Below the pieces are notes generated by a model, which was given only the letters and a program-made list of their open reading frames with translations, did no database searches and was not told where the DNA came from. The translations under genes were made by a program, and so were the position numbers. 64,000 nucleotides of DNA. Origin: a virus. Of this stretch, positions 58,149-64,000 are shown piece by piece (position 1 is the first letter of the stretch; each line of letters begins with the position of its first letter). The stretch is taken from positions 52,180-116,179 of IMG/VR virus record IMGVR_UViG_3300025840_000015, one strand, 5' to 3'.

Positions 58149-58715
58149 CTATGATCTTCCACCCCAAACGATATCGGGATATGCTTCAGATACAATTTGC
58201 TTTGTGATTTTATACTTATCCTGAAGTTTCTTGTCCTTAATCAAACAAACAATTTGCGCTTCCAATGGATGAAGACCTTGAAGAACATTTATAAACATTG
58301 TTTCTCTTCGAAGAGATGATAAAGAATCATTACCACCTTTAATGAAATTAAAAAACTTATTATATTCTTTTCTAATTGAAGATTTTCCCTGGTCTTGTGA
58401 CCCAAGAGAACTTGTTTTCAATTCATCCATAGTTTTAACAGCACTATCAATCTTTTCAGTTAAAGTTCCTTTAAATGAATCCATTTCATCTACTGCTGCA
58501 TATGGAACATCTCCAGGGGGAAGAGCACTAACAATACTATCATCAAAATTCCAAATAAAGATTGCTTTGATGGAAGGATGTTCATACTTCTTCAAAATTT
58601 CAATCTTCTTAGCATTTGTCCTTTGCTTTGAAACAAGATTCAATATTTCAAATACAAAAGGATTTGCTGGAAGATCTGTATTTGTAGATGGTGATTTTTT
58701 CTTTGTCGCTGTCAT
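58149..58715 (-). CDS. conserved T4-like cyanophage protein (DUF6433-like)
   Basis: IWNFD.S..SALPPG.VPY...RRETMFI..L.GLHP.EA. Confidence 0.75.
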   Translation of the reverse strand: MTATKKKSPSTNTDLPANPFVFEILNLVSKQRTNAKKIEILKKYEHPSIKAIFIWNFDDSIVSALPPGDVPYAAVDEMDSFKGTLTEKIDSAVKTMDELKTSSLGSQDQGKSSIRKEYNKFFNFIKGGNDSLSSLRRETMFINVLQGLHPLEAQIVCLIKDKKLQDKYKITKQIVSEAYPDIVWGGRS

Positions 58716-58767
58716 TGTTATAAACTATAATGAATTATTATGAAATTATTTATGATGTGCAAATATA

Positions 58768-59043
58768 TCAGATTTCTTCTTCATCTTCGTCAAAGTCTTC
58801 AGAATCAAAAAAATCTTGACTGAATGTAACTGCAAAAATTTCATCTGGAATTACATTTCCATGCTCATCAAAAAACTCAGGATGAAGAGCAGGTCTATCC
58901 TGATATTTCAACATATATTCTCTTACTGACCATCCACCAATGAGTCCAACTATAAGAAATAGTATAGTCATTAAAAATCCAAAAACTAAACTTACTGCTA
59001 ACATTTTTTTTCTCCTAGAAATAACTATCTTTTTCTTATGCAA
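58768..59043 (-). CDS. small membrane protein
   Basis: TM helix followed by HPEFFDE.GN.IPDE. Confidence 0.65.
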   Translation of the reverse strand: MHKKKIVISRRKKMLAVSLVFGFLMTILFLIVGLIGGWSVREYMLKYQDRPALHPEFFDEHGNVIPDEIFAVTFSQDFFDSEDFDEDEEEI

Positions 59044-59252
59044 TTGAATGAAAACTCTAAGTGGATAGTTACTTCTCTTTTAAAAAAGCAAACTATCTTC
59101 TCAAAGATAAATTTAAATGTTTTGGTTTGCTTTTTCTTTCCTCCATTAAGAACAAGTTCAACACCACGATTGTAGCATGGCTTATCATTATTTATGTTCG
59201 ATTTCTTCTCTTTCATTTTTGATATATTGAATCGTCTCAATTGCACCTCCAA
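59025..59252 (-). CDS. hypothetical protein
   Basis: NRGVEL.L.GG motif; start uncertain. Confidence 0.5.
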   Translation of the reverse strand: MEVQLRRFNISKMKEKKSNINNDKPCYNRGVELVLNGGKKKQTKTFKFIFEKIVCFFKREVTIHLEFSFNCIRKR

Positions 59253-59442
59253 TCAATTTATCATTGTAAAATACCTGCGGAAAAGTTGCATTGTTTCCAA
59301 ATTTCAAAATAAAGTCTTCTTTACTAAAATCTTCATTTAAATTATATACAACAAAATTTTTTCCAGTAAGTTCCAAAACTTGTTTTACTTTATAACAGTA
59401 ATTGCAGTCATCTTTCGAATATACTTCAAATTTCATTTTCAA
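59188..59442 (-). CDS. nrdC: glutaredoxin
   Basis: YSKDDCNYC...TFPQV...IGGA. Confidence 0.85.
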   Translation of the reverse strand: MKMKFEVYSKDDCNYCYKVKQVLELTGKNFVVYNLNEDFSKEDFILKFGNNATFPQVFYNDKLIGGAIETIQYIKNEREEIEHK

Positions 59443-59810
59443 TAAACTTTTGTTTTTCTAGGATTATATATCTTAAGAAGAGATTTTTCTTTTGGTTCCA
59501 TCCATTTCATTATAGCATTCATCCTATCATGTGTAAAGAACTGCTGTTTCTTATACCATTCTTTCCAATCAGAATGTCCTTTACTTTTATTGCATTCTTT
59601 ACAACAACATAAACAATTAGATGAAAAATCAATTCCCCCTTTGCATTGAGGAATAATATGATCTATGGTTAATTGATCTTCAGATCCACAATATGCACAT
59701 TTAAAATCCCATTTTTCCTTAATGGTCTGTTTCCACATCCTTCTAGCTTCGCCAGAATTACATGTATGTAGATTATACATGTAGTCTTTAAAACTTGAAT
59801 ATAATGGCAT
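59439..59810 (-). CDS. HNH endonuclease
   Basis: CAYCG...TIDHIIP..KGG...N...CKECNKSKG. Confidence 0.9.
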   Translation of the reverse strand: MPLYSSFKDYMYNLHTCNSGEARRMWKQTIKEKWDFKCAYCGSEDQLTIDHIIPQCKGGIDFSSNCLCCCKECNKSKGHSDWKEWYKKQQFFTHDRMNAIMKWMEPKEKSLLKIYNPRKTKVY

Positions 59811-59813
59811 TAT

Positions 59814-60152
59814 TCAATTAACTTCCACTAAATCAAGCATATCGTAGTATGTTCCCTTTACATTTCGATCCAAAAATCTTGTAATAACTCCAAGCGGCAC
59901 ATCATTTTCATAAGTTTCATCTTTTTTTCTTTTTTTGTAAGCAAAATTCACAATTTCAACTACTCTATTGTGAACAGATTTCCTTGAAGGATTTACAAAT
60001 TTATACTTTTTACCAATTTCAATAGTGTTATATCTAACAACACCTGGGCGAACTTCAACTTTAAATGTAAACTTAGAAATAGGTTGATCTTGACTCCTTA
60101 AATCAAATAATTCAATTTTTTCTTCTTCCGATAAACTTGAATAATCGATCAT
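59814..60152 (-). CDS. hypothetical protein
   Basis: ORF track; late promoter TATAAATA at 60184-60177. Confidence 0.6.
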   Translation of the reverse strand: MIDYSSLSEEEKIELFDLRSQDQPISKFTFKVEVRPGVVRYNTIEIGKKYKFVNPSRKSVHNRVVEIVNFAYKKRKKDETYENDVPLGVITRFLDRNVKGTYYDMLDLVEVN

Positions 60153-60221
60153 TCTTTTAGATGAAATTGTTAAAAGTATTTATATTTTCACAAAAAAAAG
60201 GAGGATTTCTCCTCCCAATAA

Positions 60222-60608
60222 TTAAGTGGTATGTTTATCAAAAACTTCTATTAAGTTTTTTACAATATTAACCCCACCAATATGTTCTTCAATTTTTAAA
60301 CCATTTTTGTCAGTAACAACAAAAACTGGTGTTGCGGTAATTCCGTATAATCTTGCAAGATTTAAATTTTCTTCAGGAATTGGATCATCAGTAGCATCTT
60401 CTAAATCAATTTTTTCAATCATATTAATTCTTTGATCATCAAGACTATCAAAGTATTTTTCTACAAGTCTACAAGGACCGCATGATTCTTTAGAAAATAG
60501 TAAAAACTTTTTCATTGGTTTTTCTTTTAATGATTTTCTATATAAGTTTGGCCAAGTGTCTCTAATTATTTCAGAAACTTTATATGGAGTTTCGGAATTA
60601 ATCATCAT
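60222..60608 (-). CDS. thioredoxin-like protein
   Basis: SCGPC, YGITATP, GG; internal start MKKFLLF is possible. Confidence 0.8.
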   Translation of the reverse strand: MMINSETPYKVSEIIRDTWPNLYRKSLKEKPMKKFLLFSKESCGPCRLVEKYFDSLDDQRINMIEKIDLEDATDDPIPEENLNLARLYGITATPVFVVTDKNGLKIEEHIGGVNIVKNLIEVFDKHTT

Positions 60609-60797
60609 GGATTGTGATCTTTATTTCCTTTAATTTTGTTGTAACCCCAGACAACAAGAGCGCCAGCGCCGACGCCTACGATACAGCAGATAATCATATG
60701 TTCTAAGTGATGCATTAATTTTTGTTTTTATTTGACCAAGTTAATTCTAACGTAGTTGCCAATAAAATGGCAAACGCAAATATAAAAAGATGAGGCA

Positions 60798-61121
60798 TCA
60801 GTTTACAGTTACGTGTCCAATCATTCCAGCCCCTTTATGAGGATCGCACCAAAAGGTATACTCACCAGGAACATCAAAGGAAACGTCAAAGGATTCTCCA
60901 GGAGAAAATGCCAGACCTGTATGGCTGAGCTCGGGATGACCATCAACAATGACATTGTGAGGAGGTAACACGTTATTGACAAAGTGGATGCTATCACCAG
61001 CAGCAATTGTAACTTCTGAGGGTTCAAAGACTAGTCCTCCATTATAACCCATCTGAACATCAACTGCCCAGGCAGGAAGCGCAAAGAAAAGAGTTGCGAT
61101 AAGTGTGAAAAAGAACTTCAT
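60798..61121 (-). CDS. petE: plastocyanin
   Basis: signal peptide AWA; PHNV; YTFWCDPHKGAGM copper ligands. Confidence 0.97.
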   Translation of the reverse strand: MKFFFTLIATLFFALPAWAVDVQMGYNGGLVFEPSEVTIAAGDSIHFVNNVLPPHNVIVDGHPELSHTGLAFSPGESFDVSFDVPGEYTFWCDPHKGAGMIGHVTVN

Positions 61122-61127
61122 AAAAGT

Positions 61128-61343
61128 TTATGTAACTTTATTATGTATATGCCTTAGGTTTTTATACTTATCATTTGTCAGGTATTCCTGATGAATCATT
61201 TCAGAAAACTCATCTGCACATTTCATCCAAGTTTTTCTTGCTGTTGGTGCTAACTCGTCATTATTCATCATCATTTCATACCAGATATTCCATAATATCC
61301 TACACTCTTCAGACTTCTTCTGAAGATGTGGTTCCCTATACAT
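61128..61343 (-). CDS. hypothetical protein
   Basis: MYREPHLQKKSEEC..LW..W. Confidence 0.6.
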   Translation of the reverse strand: MYREPHLQKKSEECRILWNIWYEMMMNNDELAPTARKTWMKCADEFSEMIHQEYLTNDKYKNLRHIHNKVT

Positions 61344-61381
61344 TGGAACATTTTGGGATGTGTGCCCGTGACTGTAACTAT

Positions 61382-61855
61382 TTACACAGAATACAATCCA
61401 GTAATAGTATCAACATCTGCCGGTCTGAATGCTCTCACGGGAGAGATCCAGTTGTAAGACATCACTGTGTCGTTGGTGTCCGCATCATACCATATATCAC
61501 CGTCTCTGTCATCGTGTGGATGTTCAAGTCCTAGTGCGTGACCCCACTCATGCATATACACATACTTCCTATCATGAGAACGTTTCTTTACTAGGATGGT
61601 ATATCCTTTCTCTGTTGGTATACACAAACCGGCAGCATACCCATATGGTTCTGGGATGTTCTTTCGTTCATAAAATGCAACCTCAGCATGTTTTGGTTTC
61701 TTCAACAATTTAATGTCAAATGATACAATCTCATCTGTGGATGCTAGCATATTGCGAGTGAACCTCGTTGGACTATCAACATACACCTTGAGGATGTTGT
61801 CATCCAAGAATTGAGATGTGTGTTGATAGTTACGAGGATAGATTAGTTCTTCCAT
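61382..61855 (-). CDS. metzincin zinc metalloprotease
   Basis: HEWGHALGLEHPH plus TVMSY Met-turn. Confidence 0.85.
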   Translation of the reverse strand: MEELIYPRNYQHTSQFLDDNILKVYVDSPTRFTRNMLASTDEIVSFDIKLLKKPKHAEVAFYERKNIPEPYGYAAGLCIPTEKGYTILVKKRSHDRKYVYMHEWGHALGLEHPHDDRDGDIWYDADTNDTVMSYNWISPVRAFRPADVDTITGLYSV

Positions 61856-61856
61856 T

Positions 61857-62969
61857 TTACTTAATCCATGTAACTATAGAATATCTTACTCCTTCAGTTA
61901 CTGTAGTGATTTGATGTGGATAAAGAAAAGAAGATGGAAAAATTATTAAAGATCCCTTTTTACAGTTTACCTTATATTCGCCATCAAAAAAAAGAAGATC
62001 ACCTCCCTCATATCCGTCATTTAAAATGATTGAGCAAGATAATGTTCTTCTCATATCAGCTCCAGAATCAGTATGTTCTTTATAAAATTCTCCAGTATTA
62101 TATCTCAATAACTGATATCCAGAATCTCCATCAATTGCAGATGCATATTTAAATTTATCCACATACTTATTAATATGATCAGACAATATGTTAAAAATTG
62201 TATCATCAATTTTTTTTCTGACTTTATAATTTTTTTCAATCACCCTATCAGTTGAAATTTCTACCTCCTTACATGTCCTATAATAAGATATATCGATACT
62301 GGTTTTACATTCATTATATTCTTCTTCAGAATATTCTTTAATTATTTCATCACAAAGTTCATCAGAAAAAGAATTATCAAAAACAGCAATATAATTCTCT
62401 AAGCAGTTTTCATTTGCATTTTCTTTTTTATTGAAGTTTAATTTGTCAAAATAATACTCTTTATATTTTCCATTTAATTTAACATAGTGTAAGAAGCATT
62501 GTGCATACTTATTACCAAGAAATTTATCTCTACCGTGAAAAACTTCTTTTCCATAATATATTACTGCATCACCAGGATTCAAATTTATATATTCTTTTCT
62601 ACCAGAATTTTTCATGTAAATTGGCCATTCACAATCACCATCCAAATGAACTGTGATACTCACTTCACATGATTCTCTATCAATGTGCTCTTCTAATAAA
62701 CTATTATTTTTATAAACTCTAGCATACGAATAAGCAGGTAATACTGTTTCTCCAATGATCTTAGAAACTTTTTTGCATTTATTAGAAAGCAATCCTACAA
62801 AAGGGAGATAATTATAATATGCGGAGGAGTCTACAACTTGAGGATCTCCTTTAATATTATTTTCTAAACAAAAATTAATAAATTTTTCGCCAAGATCTTT
62901 TGCTTTTTCTGCAGATATAAAGTTTTTAATTACTTTGTATTTTTTACCGTTAAAATCATTCACAATCAC
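61857..62969 (-). CDS. two-domain 2OG-Fe(II) oxygenase
   Basis: domain 1: HIDRESCE...H.R; domain 2: HTD...YEGG...FPS.F.YPH...RYSIVTW. Confidence 0.85.
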   Translation of the reverse strand: MIVNDFNGKKYKVIKNFISAEKAKDLGEKFINFCLENNIKGDPQVVDSSAYYNYLPFVGLLSNKCKKVSKIIGETVLPAYSYARVYKNNSLLEEHIDRESCEVSITVHLDGDCEWPIYMKNSGRKEYINLNPGDAVIYYGKEVFHGRDKFLGNKYAQCFLHYVKLNGKYKEYYFDKLNFNKKENANENCLENYIAVFDNSFSDELCDEIIKEYSEEEYNECKTSIDISYYRTCKEVEISTDRVIEKNYKVRKKIDDTIFNILSDHINKYVDKFKYASAIDGDSGYQLLRYNTGEFYKEHTDSGADMRRTLSCSIILNDGYEGGDLLFFDGEYKVNCKKGSLIIFPSSFLYPHQITTVTEGVRYSIVTWIK

Positions 62970-63190
62970 TCACCTCTTACAATATGGTCCCATGCAACTT
63001 TATATTTATCATCCCAATTATCACAGTATGGAGGATAAAAAGCATTGAGAGCAGCAGTAGTATCAACGATGCGTTGTGTATCACCAGCATCTACTGCTTC
63101 TTGTAGTTTATCAAGAAGAAAACTAAATGACGTGATTTGATTGAATGCCTCTTGAAGGTCATTCATTACTTTCCAGGTTTTGTCTTTCAT
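62966..63190 (-). CDS. hypothetical protein (start MKDKTW)
   Basis: ORF track, trimmed. Confidence 0.55.
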   Translation of the reverse strand: MKDKTWKVMNDLQEAFNQITSFSFLLDKLQEAVDAGDTQRIVDTTAALNAFYPPYCDNWDDKYKVAWDHIVRGE

Positions 63191-63197
63191 TGTATTC

Positions 63198-63557
63198 TCA
63201 TCCAAGGTTTCCATCAGAATAAAGTTCCCAAGCATCGCGATCATCAGTTCCCAAAGCATCTTTGAGTGCTTCTGTTACATTCTCTTTGAAGTTCTTACGT
63301 GGGATGAAGATATCATCAACATCACGTTTGTAATCTGGGAACTTCTCTTCAAACTCCACCTCTACATCATACAATAGTGACCCTACAATGTTATTAATAG
63401 TTTCGATGGTTTGTCCTTGGAGTTGATCCCAGTTATATCCTGGGAACATATCATCTTTGACACGATCAAGCAATGCTTTCTTACAGTGCCATCGTGCATC
63501 AAACATACTGGTGAATGCTTCCCAATCATGTTGGGATTTGAAATTAGGGATTGTCAT
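63198..63557 (-). CDS. hypothetical protein (start MTIPNFKS)
   Basis: ORF track, trimmed. Confidence 0.55.
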   Translation of the reverse strand: MTIPNFKSQHDWEAFTSMFDARWHCKKALLDRVKDDMFPGYNWDQLQGQTIETINNIVGSLLYDVEVEFEEKFPDYKRDVDDIFIPRKNFKENVTEALKDALGTDDRDAWELYSDGNLG

Positions 63558-63867
63558 AGGTCGAAAAGAGAAATACTTTGATTGTTTGTCCATCATCTTG
63601 TAGTGACACTTGAACGTTAGAACATTCATAACGAACATACTCACGTCCTTCACTACCAATCACCTCTACACGGGTGACATCAGGATAGTTCTTGATGTGA
63701 TCACCATTTGGTGCTTCATAATCTAAATCACCTTCATTCCAAGGTTTTTGTCCAAAGGTTTCACGATCAATTCCAAGAGATTTCAATGCAAGTTCTTCAT
63801 TGAATCCATCATACGTTGTATCCAACCATGGAGCATCATCTTTGTCAGGTAGATTGTGTTCAGTCAT
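63544..63867 (-). CDS. hypothetical protein
   Basis: VTRVEVI...GREYV...SLQDDGQTIKVF. Confidence 0.65.
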   Translation of the reverse strand: MTEHNLPDKDDAPWLDTTYDGFNEELALKSLGIDRETFGQKPWNEGDLDYEAPNGDHIKNYPDVTRVEVIGSEGREYVRYECSNVQVSLQDDGQTIKVFLFSTYDNP

Positions 63868-64000
63868 CGTTTTTGCTCAGCATATTCGATAATGATCTTC
63901 TTATGCTCTTTATGCTTATCAGTTACAAGGACAGTATAAAGTTTACCACCAAGTTCTTCTGCAACCATTTCAAGCAATGTCAGTTGTTCGTCAGTCATGA

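Noticed and set aside
56053-59810. Intron or intein in thyX/phoH associated with the HNH gene
   Set aside because: Both genes are uninterrupted and normal length; the HNH is free-standing
471-63377. Most plus-strand and alternative-frame ORFs in the track
   Set aside because: Antisense or shadow frames of better-supported minus-strand genes, with no recognisable motifs

Overview
A 64-kb segment of a T4-like cyanomyovirus (Kyanoviridae-like; likely Synechococcus host), almost entirely encoded on the minus strand. (1) 1-~18,400: an early/accessory region of short ORFs, visibly GC-richer up to ~6.9 kb. It is dense in repeated promoter-associated palindromes and contains two candidate duplicated sRNAs, a 5x22-bp iteron-like array, a GIY-YIG endonuclease, cp12, a 2OG-Fe(II) oxygenase and an SF2 helicase. 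(2) 18.4-51.4 kb: AT-rich tail fibre/baseplate genes (split gp5, gp27-like hub, muramidase+M23 protein, tape-measure-like protein, gp26, gp54, gp4, gp2, gp48, gp53), interrupted by four tRNAs (2x Leu-UAA, 2x Ile-UAU). (3) 51.4-64 kb: gp32, gp59, gp33, exonuclease, phoH, thyX, an NtcA box + glutamine-riboswitch/DUF4278 module, redoxins, HNH, petE, a metzincin and a tandem 2OG oxygenase. Most notable observations: (a) a phycobiliprotein beta-subunit-like domain keeping PGGN, Cys84/Asp87 and Cys155 equivalents inside a virion structural protein; (b) a U UUU UUA -1 slippery site fusing 'gp26' to the next ORF upstream of a tape-measure-like gene (lambda G/GT-like); (c) a nested double glutamine aptamer with a 66-codon ORF in one loop; (d) a covarying 46-nt hairpin with an 8x8 internal loop found both in that riboswitch and in the tRNA operon. 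All calls are by-eye motif recognition; no database searches were run.
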